Shown: positions 17,972-27,712, counted from the stretch's first letter. The stretch: DNA of 64,000 nucleotides from an uncultured Roseburia sp. (GCA_958420225.1 CATZIT010000002.1:204865-268864); one strand, 5' to 3'. Notes: generated by a model not told the origin, from the letters alone. Numbers and translations: made by a program.

Positions 17972-18017
17972 ATAAGCTCTCTATTTGCTGAAAATAATAA
18001 TTCTATATAAGAGTAAA

Positions 18018-18068
18018 AAAGTGCAGAAAATGCACTTTTTTGATTGACATAGTGCAGAAAATGCACTA
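18018..18068 (+). promoter_or_regulatory. two copies of the palindrome AGTGCAGAAAATGCACT flanking a TTGACA -35 element (putative autoregulatory operators)
   Basis: Read directly upstream of the HTH-MNT gene. Confidence 0.5.
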
Positions 18069-18090
18069 CCGTATATATAGAGGTGCAAAT

Positions 18091-18564
18091 ATGGGAGAAC
18101 TGAAAGAATTAAGGACAGAAAAAAAATTAACACAGCAACAGGTTGCGGATTTGATTGGGATTTCTTTGCGCTCATATAAGTCGTATGAAAATGATGAGAA
18201 AAAGAGTGATACTTTAAAATACCGTTATATTGTAGAAAAACTTGCAGAGGTAAATCCTATTGATGAGGAACATGGAATACTTGAGGTTGAAGATATAAGA
18301 CAAAAATGTGAAAAAGTGTTTGAAAAGTACGAGATAGAATTTTGCTATCTTTTTGGGTCATATGCAAAATCCAAGGCGAAACCGTCAAGTGATGTAGACT
18401 TATTGATTTCTTCAAATGTAAAAGGATTGAGATTTTATGGATTGGTAGAGGAAATAAGAATTGCATTGCATAAAAAAGTAGATGTGCTGGATTTGAACCA
18501 ACTGAATGGAAATTTAGAATTGACGAGGGAAATACTAAGGGATGGAATAAAGATATATGGATAA
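18091..18564 (+). CDS. XRE-family HTH fused to an MNT-type nucleotidyltransferase (antitoxin of a HepT/MNT pair)
   Basis: HTH LTQQQVADLIGISLRSYKSYE; NTase motif LFGSYAKSKAKPSSDVDLLI. Confidence 0.75.
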   Translation: MGELKELRTEKKLTQQQVADLIGISLRSYKSYENDEKKSDTLKYRYIVEKLAEVNPIDEEHGILEVEDIRQKCEKVFEKYEIEFCYLFGSYAKSKAKPSSDVDLLISSNVKGLRFYGLVEEIRIALHKKVDVLDLNQLNGNLELTREILRDGIKIYG

Positions 18565-18895
18565 TTTGAAAAATGATAATTACTATATACAAAAAATTAA
18601 ACAGGACCTGGAATTCATACAATTACATATGAAGAATATAGGATTAGAAGAATTAAGTGCAAATGAGATACTGTTGGATTCTATGCTGTTTCGTATGATT
18701 CAGATTTCTGAAAATGCAAGGAAATTGTCTGATGAGTATAAACAAAAAAGAGGAAATATTCCTTGGAATGCGATGTATGGATTAAGAAATCGAATTGTAC
18801 ATGATTATGGAAATGTGGATTTGAAGGTTGTTTTTGATACATTAAAAAATGACATACCGGAATTGCTGGAGATGATTCTGGAGCAAATAACGTAG
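18557..18895 (+). CDS. HepT-like (DUF86) toxin
   Basis: Rx4HxY motif RNRIVHDY; 8-bp overlap with the upstream MNT gene. Confidence 0.75.
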   Translation: MDNLKNDNYYIQKIKQDLEFIQLHMKNIGLEELSANEILLDSMLFRMIQISENARKLSDEYKQKRGNIPWNAMYGLRNRIVHDYGNVDLKVVFDTLKNDIPELLEMILEQIT

Positions 18896-18916
18896 GAATA
18901 AAAAGGACAAGCAATA

Positions 18917-19153
18917 ATGAAATTAAAAAATATTTTAATCGTAGTAAAAGATATCGAAAAATCAAAACAATTTTATCATGACCTATTTGGCTTAAATCCG
19001 ATACTTGACAATGATGGAAACATGATTTTAACAGAGGGGCTTGTGCTTCAGGATGATGTAAACAGGCTTATGACGCATAGCTGGGGGCAGAAAGTCATTC
19101 GTTTTTATGATTTGGACGGGAATCTGATTGAGGTGGGAACACCGGTGGAATAA
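18917..19153 (+). CDS. small VOC/glyoxalase-family protein
   Basis: N-terminal beta-alpha-beta-beta-beta-like pattern LKNILIVVKDIEKSKQFYHDLFG. Confidence 0.4.
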   Translation: MKLKNILIVVKDIEKSKQFYHDLFGLNPILDNDGNMILTEGLVLQDDVNRLMTHSWGQKVIRFYDLDGNLIEVGTPVE

Positions 19154-19174
19154 AAATGAGGTAATAACAAAAAC

Positions 19175-20086
19175 ATGGAAAAATTAAAAAAAGAGACAGC
19201 ATACTATCACCTTCCCGGTCTGTTTGAATTTTATGAGCTGTACCGCGTATTTTTGCCGCTATTCCGGAAGAACAGGGAATACTTTTACGACTGGTGCGAG
19301 ATAGGCTCTATCTATGGCGCACCGGCAGACTGCATCTGGGGCGGCGGCCGTGTCGGTGGCGGAGACTGTGAAGCCAGGGAGGTGCTGGCGCTGATGCAGG
19401 AATACGGAATTTCTGCAAGACTGACGTTCAGTAATTCCCTGCTTACAGAGGAGCACCTTTTCGATAAAAAATGTAATGCGCTCTGTGCACTGTTTGAAGA
19501 AACAAAAGAGGTGCAAAATGGCGTGATTGTCCACTCAGATTTGCTGCTTAATTATCTACAAACAAATTACCCGGGACTGTATTTTGTTTCCTCTACAACA
19601 AAAACACTGACCGGTTTTGAAGAATTTTTAAACGAGGTAAAGCGTGACGATTTCCGATATGTCGTGCCGGATTTTCGCTTGAATAAAGTGTTTGACAAGT
19701 TACAGACGTTGTCAGAAGAGCAGAAAGACAAGGTGGAATTTCTGTGCAATGAGTGCTGCTGGTTTGGCTGTAAGGACAGAAAGTTCTGCTACGAAGCGGT
19801 CAGCCGTAGAAATCTTGGAGAAACCTGTCAGGAGTACCGCTGCAGTGCACCGGATGTAGCGGAGGGCTACCGTTTTTCAAAGGCGATGAAAAACCCCGGA
19901 TTTATCGGCATAGAGAACATAAAAAACAGCTATTTGCCGATGGGATTTTCCAATTTTAAAATTGAGGGCAGAGGGCTTGGCAGTGCGTTGGTTTTAGAAT
20001 TTCTGCTCTATTACATGACAAAGCCCGAATGTCAGTTGCAGGTCAGAGAAGAAATCTATCTGGATAATATGTTGGATTTATTTTGA
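19175..20086 (+). CDS. hypothetical Cys-rich protein (CNECCWFGC…CYEAV…C…C cluster)
   Basis: ORF only. Confidence 0.45.
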   Translation: MEKLKKETAYYHLPGLFEFYELYRVFLPLFRKNREYFYDWCEIGSIYGAPADCIWGGGRVGGGDCEAREVLALMQEYGISARLTFSNSLLTEEHLFDKKCNALCALFEETKEVQNGVIVHSDLLLNYLQTNYPGLYFVSSTTKTLTGFEEFLNEVKRDDFRYVVPDFRLNKVFDKLQTLSEEQKDKVEFLCNECCWFGCKDRKFCYEAVSRRNLGETCQEYRCSAPDVAEGYRFSKAMKNPGFIGIENIKNSYLPMGFSNFKIEGRGLGSALVLEFLLYYMTKPECQLQVREEIYLDNMLDLF

Positions 20087-21001
20087 ATCAAGTGTTACTG
20101 AGATGGAATATTTCTTTGGGGAAATGCCAAACTCCTGTTTGAATACACGGCTGAAATAATACTGGTCGCAGAAGCCGGTCTGTTCGCTGATTTCACTCAT
20201 TTTTAACTGGGTTGTCGTGAGCAGTTCGCGGGCATGGTTTAGGCGCACCTGTTTCAGGTAATGAAAAATGGGAACACCGGTCTCCTGTTTGAAAAGCCGG
20301 TTTAAGGAATCAAAATTGATGTCGAAGTATTCGGACAGCCAGTCACCGCTTATCGGTTCTGCATAGTGGTTATGCAGGTAATGAATAAGTGAGTATACTT
20401 TATCGGAGTTTTCAGAAGAACCGCCTTGAAGATATTCCGGGAAAAGGTTAGCGACAAAATCTCTTGAAAGCAGAATCATTATCTGGATGAAAAGAGAAGA
20501 GCAGATTAATTTATAATGAGACATCTGCCGCTTCTCGGAAAGCAGGGCTTCATCTATGCAGGCTGTGATTTGCTGCAGGGTAGAGTGGAAGTAAATATGG
20601 CGGTCTTTTGGAACAAACAGTTTGTATTTCGTGTAAAGCTCGTCACCAAATGGGTCACATTGGTAGACGAGTTTTTTGTTGTCTAAAATAATTTGCATAA
20701 TCTGAGGAATTTCGGCGCAGTCCCATCCACTCAGACAGTCAGAAGGAAAATGGATGTAACAGTATTCGCACTGGGAGTATTTGTAGCCAAAATGAGTGTG
20801 CATGGGATGTAAAAAAATATAGTCTCCCCGCCGGAGAACATAGCGTTTTTCATCTTCCTGTAAATACATTTCACCGGAGAGGATAATAAAAAGAATATAT
20901 TCGTTCGTTGTGCGCCTTGGATGTTTCCAGTGTTCCGGTGTGGAGCATCTGTTCATGAAGGAAATATGCGGTAAAATCGTTGTGTTGAAGCTGAAATACA
21001 T
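20078..21001 (-). CDS. AraC-family transcriptional regulator (cupin sensor domain + HTH)
   Basis: C-terminal AraC HTH (…ISEQTGFCDQYYFSRVFK…); start chosen at MYFSFNTT with RBS GGGGGAG. Confidence 0.8.
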   Translation of the reverse strand: MYFSFNTTILPHISFMNRCSTPEHWKHPRRTTNEYILFIILSGEMYLQEDEKRYVLRRGDYIFLHPMHTHFGYKYSQCEYCYIHFPSDCLSGWDCAEIPQIMQIILDNKKLVYQCDPFGDELYTKYKLFVPKDRHIYFHSTLQQITACIDEALLSEKRQMSHYKLICSSLFIQIMILLSRDFVANLFPEYLQGGSSENSDKVYSLIHYLHNHYAEPISGDWLSEYFDINFDSLNRLFKQETGVPIFHYLKQVRLNHARELLTTTQLKMSEISEQTGFCDQYYFSRVFKQEFGISPKKYSISVTLDSK

Positions 21002-21160
21002 ATTTAAACTCCCCCTGTCGGTTAATAAGATTATTTTAACACAGAAAAACAAATCGAGCAATTGTCGCTGTAACACAAAAAAGTGTAGCCTGCGTACATT
21101 TACTTTACGGGAGGATTTTTTATAATAAAATCAGTAAAATGATTGGAAAGGGGAAATAAA

Positions 21161-22147
21161 ATGTATCAGGCAAGTGAAAATCGTTATGAGAATATGAAAT
21201 ATTTAAGATGTGGAAAAAGCGGATTGCTGCTTCCGAGAATTGCACTCGGACTCTGGCACAATTTTGGTTCCTGCGACCGTTTTGACAATATGAAGGAGAT
21301 GCTGTTTGAAGCGTTTGACCAGGGAATTACACATTTTGATCTGGCAAATAATTATGGGCCGGTTCCGGGTTCTGCGGAGGAAAATTTAGGAAGAATCCTT
21401 GAAAGTGATTTGCGCCCTTACCGGGATGAATTAATCATCTCCACCAAAGCAGGGTATGATATGTGGAAGGGACCTTATGGAAATTTTGGTTCAAGAAAAT
21501 ATCTTATGGCAAGTATTGACCAGAGTTTAAAACGCATGAAGTTAGACTATGTGGACATTTTTTACCATCACCGAGCAGATCCGGATACGCCGCTTGAGGA
21601 AACGATGGGGGCGCTGTCAGATATTGTAAAGCAGGGAAAAGCGTTGTATGTGGGACTGTCCAATTATGATGCAGAACAGTTAAAAGAAGCGGCAAAAATT
21701 TTAAAAGACAACGGGACACCACTTTTGATTGTCCAGCCTTATTATAATATGTTAGAACGCTGGGCAGAAGAATCCGGGCTTTTAGATGCGGCGGCAGAGG
21801 TTGGTGCGGGAGTTATCTGTTACAGTCCACTTGCACAGGGCGTGCTGACAGACCGTTATTTAAACGGAATTCCAACGGACAGCCGGGCTGCGAGAAATTA
21901 TTTTTTGCAGAAAGACAGTATTACCAAAGAAAAGGTAGAGACGGTAAGAAAGTTGCAGGAAGTAGCCGCAGGCAGGGGACAAAGTGTTGCAGAAATGGCA
22001 TTGTGCTGGAATCTGCGTAAGGATAAGGTGACAACGGTTCTGATGGGCGCAAGCCGGAAAGAGCAGATTACAAACAATGTAAAAATTGTAAATCACCTGG
22101 ATTTTACAGAAGAGGAACTGCGGGCAATCGAAGAAATTTTAAGCTGA
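21161..22147 (+). CDS. aldo/keto reductase, L-glyceraldehyde-3-phosphate reductase (YghZ/Gpr)-like
   Basis: N-terminus YENMKYLRCGKSGLLLPRIALGLWHNFG matches the Gpr family. Confidence 0.8.
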   Translation: MYQASENRYENMKYLRCGKSGLLLPRIALGLWHNFGSCDRFDNMKEMLFEAFDQGITHFDLANNYGPVPGSAEENLGRILESDLRPYRDELIISTKAGYDMWKGPYGNFGSRKYLMASIDQSLKRMKLDYVDIFYHHRADPDTPLEETMGALSDIVKQGKALYVGLSNYDAEQLKEAAKILKDNGTPLLIVQPYYNMLERWAEESGLLDAAAEVGAGVICYSPLAQGVLTDRYLNGIPTDSRAARNYFLQKDSITKEKVETVRKLQEVAAGRGQSVAEMALCWNLRKDKVTTVLMGASRKEQITNNVKIVNHLDFTEEELRAIEEILS

Positions 22148-22316
22148 CAGATAAAAACGAAAAAAATTAAAATTTATTTGAAAAAATTAGCACTCACCTC
22201 TTGACAATGCTAATGAAAAGGACTATAACGTAGTCAGTAACAAAGAAAAAGCAAAACCGCGGTGAAAGCAAACAAAAAATAAGGGTTATATGCCATGTAA
22301 GAAAGGGATGATAGAT

Positions 22317-22397
22317 ATGGCAGATAAGAATCCAAAACACATTTTAAAGAAAAAACAGGTAAAGAGCAAAGAGAAAAAGAAACACGTATATGAATAA
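22317..22397 (+). CDS. stand-alone 26-aa lysine-rich peptide (MADKNPKHILKKKQVKSKEKKKHVYE)
   Basis: Own promoter (TTGACA 22201-22206, 17-bp spacer, TATAAC 22224-22229), RBS AAGAAAGGGATGATAGAT and a downstream terminator. Confidence 0.35.
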   Translation: MADKNPKHILKKKQVKSKEKKKHVYE

Positions 22398-22432
22398 TGG
22401 ATAGATGCCATTTGTATACGCACACATAAAGA

Positions 22433-22469
22433 AGCGCCACCGGACAGGATTCCTGTCCGGTGGCGTTTT
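22433..22469 (+). terminator. rho-independent terminator (GCGCCACCGGACAGG…CCTGTCCGGTGGCG + TTTT)
   Basis: Perfect 14-bp stem and T-run. Confidence 0.7.
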
Positions 22470-22601
22470 GCGTCTGTGGAACATTTACCATTTGACAGGG
22501 CAGACACTTTGTAGGATACTTATCGTGGTTCGTCAGAGGAATTTATGAAAAAATGACGTTTGCGGAAAGAAAAAATTGCAGGAACAAATGAGGGAGAAAA
22601 G

Positions 22602-23492
22602 ATGGAAATAGGACAGTTTGAAATAGAGGTTAAAAACGAAGAGATAGCACAGATTGTTGCAGAGATAACGGGGGAACCGGCAAAAAGCATCCGCCAGGTG
22701 TGCGAGCAGTACGGGGACGAAGCGGAGGAGGTCCGCTACTATGATGTCTATATCGTTGAGACGGCATATGCCAAAAAAGTGCTGAAAAAAGCAGGAAAAC
22801 GGGAATTTTTTAATTATGAGACCTATTTAAAAAACGGAGATTTTCCGGTCCCGGCGTATTACGGAAAATGCCACAGAGGGGACGATGACTGGATTTTAAT
22901 CGAGCACATCAATGGAACGGATTTAAGAGATATGACAGATGAGATTGCGGCGGCAGACAGTCTGACAGAGATTCAGAATGCTTTCTGGGAAGAGCCGGAC
23001 GGAGCGGATGACCGGTTTTTAGTCTATCAGAACCGGATTAAGAAACGGTATCAGTATCTTGTAGAGCATGACGAGAAGCTTTTAGGTGAAGCGTATAAGC
23101 TGTTTTTGGAACGTCAGAAGACCGCACCAAGGACGTTGGCAAACGGAGATTTTTTACAGTTTAATGTCGTTTCCCATGACGGAAAAGTAACGATTATCGA
23201 CTGGGGATTTGGTGGAAAGATGCCGTATTCTCTGGATATTGCAAGGTTTATTGCGCATGGAACCGAGGACAGGGCGACGTTTCCGTTTTATATGACGGAT
23301 GGGCAGAAGAAAATTTTTCTGGACAGAGTCTACGAACAATTAAAACAGAAGCCGGACCGGAAACAATTTATTACAGATGTAAAACTTGCGGTTTTAAATG
23401 AGTACGTGGAATTTGTCGAGGCGGAAGAAGACGAGGGCAACTGGTACTATGACCATGCGGCAGCGCTCGCAAAGGAATTATTAGAAGGATAG
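22602..23492 (+). CDS. phosphotransferase-family (APH/CotS/choline-kinase-like fold) protein
   Basis: …NGDFLQFNVVSHDGKVTIIDWGFGG resembles the catalytic loop and DFG-equivalent region. Confidence 0.55.
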   Translation: MEIGQFEIEVKNEEIAQIVAEITGEPAKSIRQVCEQYGDEAEEVRYYDVYIVETAYAKKVLKKAGKREFFNYETYLKNGDFPVPAYYGKCHRGDDDWILIEHINGTDLRDMTDEIAAADSLTEIQNAFWEEPDGADDRFLVYQNRIKKRYQYLVEHDEKLLGEAYKLFLERQKTAPRTLANGDFLQFNVVSHDGKVTIIDWGFGGKMPYSLDIARFIAHGTEDRATFPFYMTDGQKKIFLDRVYEQLKQKPDRKQFITDVKLAVLNEYVEFVEAEEDEGNWYYDHAAALAKELLEG

Positions 23493-23498
23493 GGAAAA

Positions 23499-24122
23499 AT
23501 GGAACTTGAAATACAACGGATAAACAGTTACACGGATGAGCGTTTTCACGAAAACGTGTTAAAGCAGCATGGCGCATTTCTGGTACAGGAAGCCTTGCCG
23601 TACGAGGTGGAAATAACGGGAAAAGACAGTGCCGTTGTCCGTGGAGAAAAGGAAGAATATTTTGAGGCAGTGATAGAAGAATTCCGTTTTTTTGCGGAGC
23701 ATATCACAAAATTTTATGATAAAAACAACCGGCTGCTCAAACAATATGATGAGGTTCCGGTTTTTACCGTGGAACTGGCACAGATTCAGCCATCCCAGTT
23801 TTATGTGGATAAAGAGAAAAAGAAAGCGGTTGCCTCGTTTGTGCAGAGCGGAGAGGATGTGATTGTTCCGGTGATACCGTACGGGGAGCGCTACATTTCG
23901 TTTGACGGGCATACCAGAATGGCAGTAGCTGCGGACAAAGGAATTACAAAAATAAAAGCATTTTTTGGAGAAGATGCGGAATATATTCACGATTTTGTTG
24001 CGGAAGCGGTCAGACGCGGAGTGACGACCCCATATGACCTGCCGGAGCTGCCGCACGGGGAGTACGAGGTGAAATGGAATCAGTTCTGCGATGCGTATTT
24101 TGCGGAGGATGAGGAAGAATAA
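23499..24122 (+). CDS. ParB/Srx-like nuclease-domain protein
   Basis: …IQPSQFYVDKEK…VIVPVIPYGERYISFDGHTRMAVAADKGITKIKAF matches the ParB N-terminal domain including the DGHxR motif. Confidence 0.5.
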   Translation: MELEIQRINSYTDERFHENVLKQHGAFLVQEALPYEVEITGKDSAVVRGEKEEYFEAVIEEFRFFAEHITKFYDKNNRLLKQYDEVPVFTVELAQIQPSQFYVDKEKKKAVASFVQSGEDVIVPVIPYGERYISFDGHTRMAVAADKGITKIKAFFGEDAEYIHDFVAEAVRRGVTTPYDLPELPHGEYEVKWNQFCDAYFAEDEEE

Positions 24123-24141
24123 CAGACAGGAGGAATGAGAG

Positions 24142-24675
24142 ATGGGATTTGAACGCTTAGAACAGAGTCTTGTGGACGTCATCAAGGAAGAGCAGGCAAA
24201 ACTTGGATTTCGTGAGGAGAACATCCGCCTTTATTATCCGCTCAGTTCCCTGAATCATTTTTTTGAGGCAGAGGATACCGAAGAGGAGATGGCGGAACGA
24301 TTAGAACATCTGCCGGGGGAGCTTACCGCAAAGCTTGGGGAGATAGAGGTTTCCCATAAAAAGGAACGCTTTTGTTTTTTGATTCCACCGGAGGGAAGCG
24401 TCTATGTGCATGAGCATACGGCGGACAATGAATTTATCAGAGAACTTATCGCGTTAGTCGGAACCCATGGCTGTACGTTACAGGATATCATCGGCCTGTT
24501 TGAAAAATACACGGATAACGTGATTTGTGAAAAAATTGACAATGGAGAGTTCGACTATCTGCTGCGCTTCCCGGAGGAGATGGGGGACAGCTATTATTAC
24601 TGCTTCAAGGACGAGGGCTGCCATATCATTTATCATCGTTTCCTGCCGGAAGATTATGCGGATTTTGACTTTTAA
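24142..24675 (+). CDS. hypothetical protein (177 aa)
   Basis: ORF tightly linked (20 nt) to the upstream gene. Confidence 0.45.
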   Translation: MGFERLEQSLVDVIKEEQAKLGFREENIRLYYPLSSLNHFFEAEDTEEEMAERLEHLPGELTAKLGEIEVSHKKERFCFLIPPEGSVYVHEHTADNEFIRELIALVGTHGCTLQDIIGLFEKYTDNVICEKIDNGEFDYLLRFPEEMGDSYYYCFKDEGCHIIYHRFLPEDYADFDF

Positions 24676-24781
24676 ATAAAAAACAGCAGGAATTTTTTGA
24701 AAAATAAAGGAAATTGTCCCGACACGCGGAATATATATTTATGTAGTCTTGTTGGCTGTTGCCGAAAAGAGGAGAAAATAT

Positions 24782-25795
24782 ATGTCGATACGTGAAGATA
24801 TTGAGCAGATGGAGCGGGAAATCTTAAGCCCTTATGCGACACTCAGTGTCAATTCAAAGGGAAGGGATAAGCCGGAGGAACCCTGTGATATCCGGCCGGT
24901 GTTTCAGAGGGACAGAGACCGGATTCTCCACTGCAAAGCGTTTCGCAGATTAAAAAATAAGACACAGGTGTTTCTGACGCCGAAAGGGGACCATTACCGC
25001 ACCAGGCTGTCACACACCTTGGAGGTATCGCAGAATGCGAGAACGATTGCCAAAGCACTGCGGCTGAATGAAGATTTAGTGGAGGCGATAGCGCTCGGGC
25101 ATGACCTTGGGCATACCCCGTTTGGGCATGCCGGAGAGTTCATCTTAAATGAAATCTGCGAGGACGGATTCCGCCATAATGAACAAAGCGTAAGGGTCGT
25201 CGAGAAGCTTGAAAAGTCCGGCGAGGGATTAAACCTCACCTGGGAGGTAAGGGATGGAATCTTAAATCACCAGACCAGACTGATGCCGCATACCTTAGAG
25301 GGAAAAATTGTGCGGTTGTCGGATAAGATTGCCTATGTCAACCATGACATTGACGATGCCATCCGTGCACAGATACTGACGGAGGATGATATTCCGCTGG
25401 AATTAAAGAAAACACTCGGATTTTCGACCAGACAGCGGTTAAATACGCTGATACATAATATCGTCCGCAACAGTATGGGAAAAGATGACATCATCATGTC
25501 CGCAGAGATTGAAGAGGCGATGAAGGATCTGCGTAAATTTATGTTTGAGAACGTCTACAAGAATCCGGTGGCAAAAGGGGAAGAGGTAAAAGCAAAGGCG
25601 ATGATAAAACAGTTGTTTTACTACTACAACGACCATATCGACCTGCTTCCAAGCAAATATCTGCAGATGATGGAGGAAGGAGAAAAGGCAGAGCGCGTCA
25701 TCAGCGATTATATTGCAGGCATGACCGACCAGTACGCCATCACAAAGTTCAGTGAATATTTCATGCCCCAAGCATGGCAGGTGGATGGATATTAA
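24782..25795 (+). CDS. dgt: dGTP triphosphohydrolase-like HD-domain protein
   Basis: HD motif …LSHTLEVSQ…HDLGHTPFGH. Confidence 0.85.
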   Translation: MSIREDIEQMEREILSPYATLSVNSKGRDKPEEPCDIRPVFQRDRDRILHCKAFRRLKNKTQVFLTPKGDHYRTRLSHTLEVSQNARTIAKALRLNEDLVEAIALGHDLGHTPFGHAGEFILNEICEDGFRHNEQSVRVVEKLEKSGEGLNLTWEVRDGILNHQTRLMPHTLEGKIVRLSDKIAYVNHDIDDAIRAQILTEDDIPLELKKTLGFSTRQRLNTLIHNIVRNSMGKDDIIMSAEIEEAMKDLRKFMFENVYKNPVAKGEEVKAKAMIKQLFYYYNDHIDLLPSKYLQMMEEGEKAERVISDYIAGMTDQYAITKFSEYFMPQAWQVDGY

Positions 25796-25831
25796 AACGG
25801 TTTCTATGAGTCAGTGGGAAAGGAGCGGAAG

Positions 25832-27661
25832 ATGCCGTATTATTCAGATGAAATCATAGAAGAAGTACGCTCCAGAAACGACATTGTGGATGTCATATCC
25901 CAATATGTGCGCCTGCAGAAAAAGGGAAGCACATATTTCGGCTTATGTCCGTTCCACAATGAGAAAACAGGTTCTTTCTCTGTGTCGCCAAACAAGCAGA
26001 TGTACTACTGCTTTGGCTGCGGAGCGGGAGGAAATGTATTTACCTTTATAAAGGAATATGAGAATTTTACGTTTGGAGAGGCGATGGAGTATCTCGCAGA
26101 CCGTGCGGGAATTGAGCTTCCCAAGCAGGAATACAGCACGGCGCAGAGACAGGAAGCCGACAGGCGTGCCAAACTTCTGGAAATCAACAAAGAGGCAGGA
26201 AAATATTTTTACACGCTGCTTCGGAGTGAAAGAGGGGCGCGGGCGCTTCAATATTTCAGAAAACGTGAATTGTCGGATGAGACGATGAAGAAGTTCGGAC
26301 TGGGATATTCTGACCAGTACAGTGATGACCTTTACCGCTATCTGAGGTCAAAGGGATATGAGGACGAGCTGTTGCAGGAATCCGGTCTTGTCACGATTGA
26401 TGAGAGACGGGGCGGACACGATAAGTTCTGGAACCGTGCGATGTTTCCGATTATGGATGTGCACAATAAGGTGATTGGATTCGGCGGCCGTGTGATGGGA
26501 GAGGGAGAGCCGAAATACTTAAACTCTCCGGAGACCAAAATCTTTGACAAGAGCCGCAATCTCTACGGGCTTAATTTTGCAAGGAGCACCAAGAAGCCAC
26601 AGCTTCTTTTGTGCGAGGGCTATATGGATGTCATTGCCCTGCATCAGGCAGGATTTGACAATGCGGTGGCATCGCTTGGAACAGCGTTGACGAGTGGTCA
26701 TGCCAACCTGTTAAAGCGTTACACCAAAGAAGTTTATCTGACCTATGACAGTGACGGTGCCGGTGTGAAAGCGGCACTGCGGGCGATTCCGATTTTAAAG
26801 GAAGTAGGAATTACTACAAAGATAATAAACATGCGCCCCTACAAAGACCCGGATGAATTTATCAAGGCACTTGGAGCGGAGGCGTATCAGGAACGAATCA
26901 ATCAGGCGGAAAACAGCTTCCTGTTTGAAATCCGTATTCTGTCACAGCAGTATGATTTGGGAGACCCGGAGGGCAAGAATGCATTTTACAATGCAGCGGC
27001 AGAAAAGCTGTTAGGATTTGAAGAAAAACTCGAACGGGATACCTATGTGGATGCGGTGGCAGATGAATATATGATACCGAGAGCGGATTTTCACCATCTT
27101 GTGAATAAGCTCGGGACCAGAATCGGTCTTGCCGGAAGGGCGAGAGAGCAGACAATGGCGAGGACTTCTGACAGGGAAGAGGCGGTAAGACGCCACGGTA
27201 CAAAGAAAGAAGATGGGATGAAGCAGTCCCAGAAGCTGTTGCTTACCTGGCTGATTGAAAAACCCGGACTATTTTCGCAGATAAAGAAATATATTGCTCC
27301 GGAGGATTTTACAGAGGAGCTTTATCACAAGGCGGCGCAGATGGTATATGCACAGTTTGAAGAGGCGGGAGCGGTCAATCCCGCACAGATTGTCAATCAT
27401 TTTCCGTTAGAGGAAGAACAGCGCGAAATTGCCGGACTCTTTAACGCCAGAATTGTCTCGAATACGACAGAAGAAGACACGGCGTTAGATACCGCTTCCT
27501 TTGAGAAAGCAGTCAAAGAAACAGTGATTCGGGTCAAAAGAAACAGTATGGAGTATCGTTCAAAGCATCTCGCTGCGACAGATTTACAGGGCTTACAGAG
27601 CCTTGTGGCAGATAAGCGTGCGTTAGAAGAATTAGAAAAACTGCATATTTCTGCGGATTAA
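25832..27661 (+). CDS. dnaG: DNA primase
   Basis: Zn-ribbon CPFHNEKTGSFSV…CFGCG, TOPRIM EGYMDV…DSDGAG. Confidence 0.95.
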   Translation: MPYYSDEIIEEVRSRNDIVDVISQYVRLQKKGSTYFGLCPFHNEKTGSFSVSPNKQMYYCFGCGAGGNVFTFIKEYENFTFGEAMEYLADRAGIELPKQEYSTAQRQEADRRAKLLEINKEAGKYFYTLLRSERGARALQYFRKRELSDETMKKFGLGYSDQYSDDLYRYLRSKGYEDELLQESGLVTIDERRGGHDKFWNRAMFPIMDVHNKVIGFGGRVMGEGEPKYLNSPETKIFDKSRNLYGLNFARSTKKPQLLLCEGYMDVIALHQAGFDNAVASLGTALTSGHANLLKRYTKEVYLTYDSDGAGVKAALRAIPILKEVGITTKIINMRPYKDPDEFIKALGAEAYQERINQAENSFLFEIRILSQQYDLGDPEGKNAFYNAAAEKLLGFEEKLERDTYVDAVADEYMIPRADFHHLVNKLGTRIGLAGRAREQTMARTSDREEAVRRHGTKKEDGMKQSQKLLLTWLIEKPGLFSQIKKYIAPEDFTEELYHKAAQMVYAQFEEAGAVNPAQIVNHFPLEEEQREIAGLFNARIVSNTTEEDTALDTASFEKAVKETVIRVKRNSMEYRSKHLAATDLQGLQSLVADKRALEELEKLHISAD

Positions 27662-27712
27662 ATTCCGCTATTAAGGACAAAATAGTAACGAACTATGAGA
27701 GGATGAAACAAA

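Noticed and set aside
23559-24224. 221-aa antisense ORF opposite the ParB-like gene
   Set aside because: It is antisense to a gene in a tight co-directional operon, has no RBS, and its protein composition is typical of a reverse-frame artefact.
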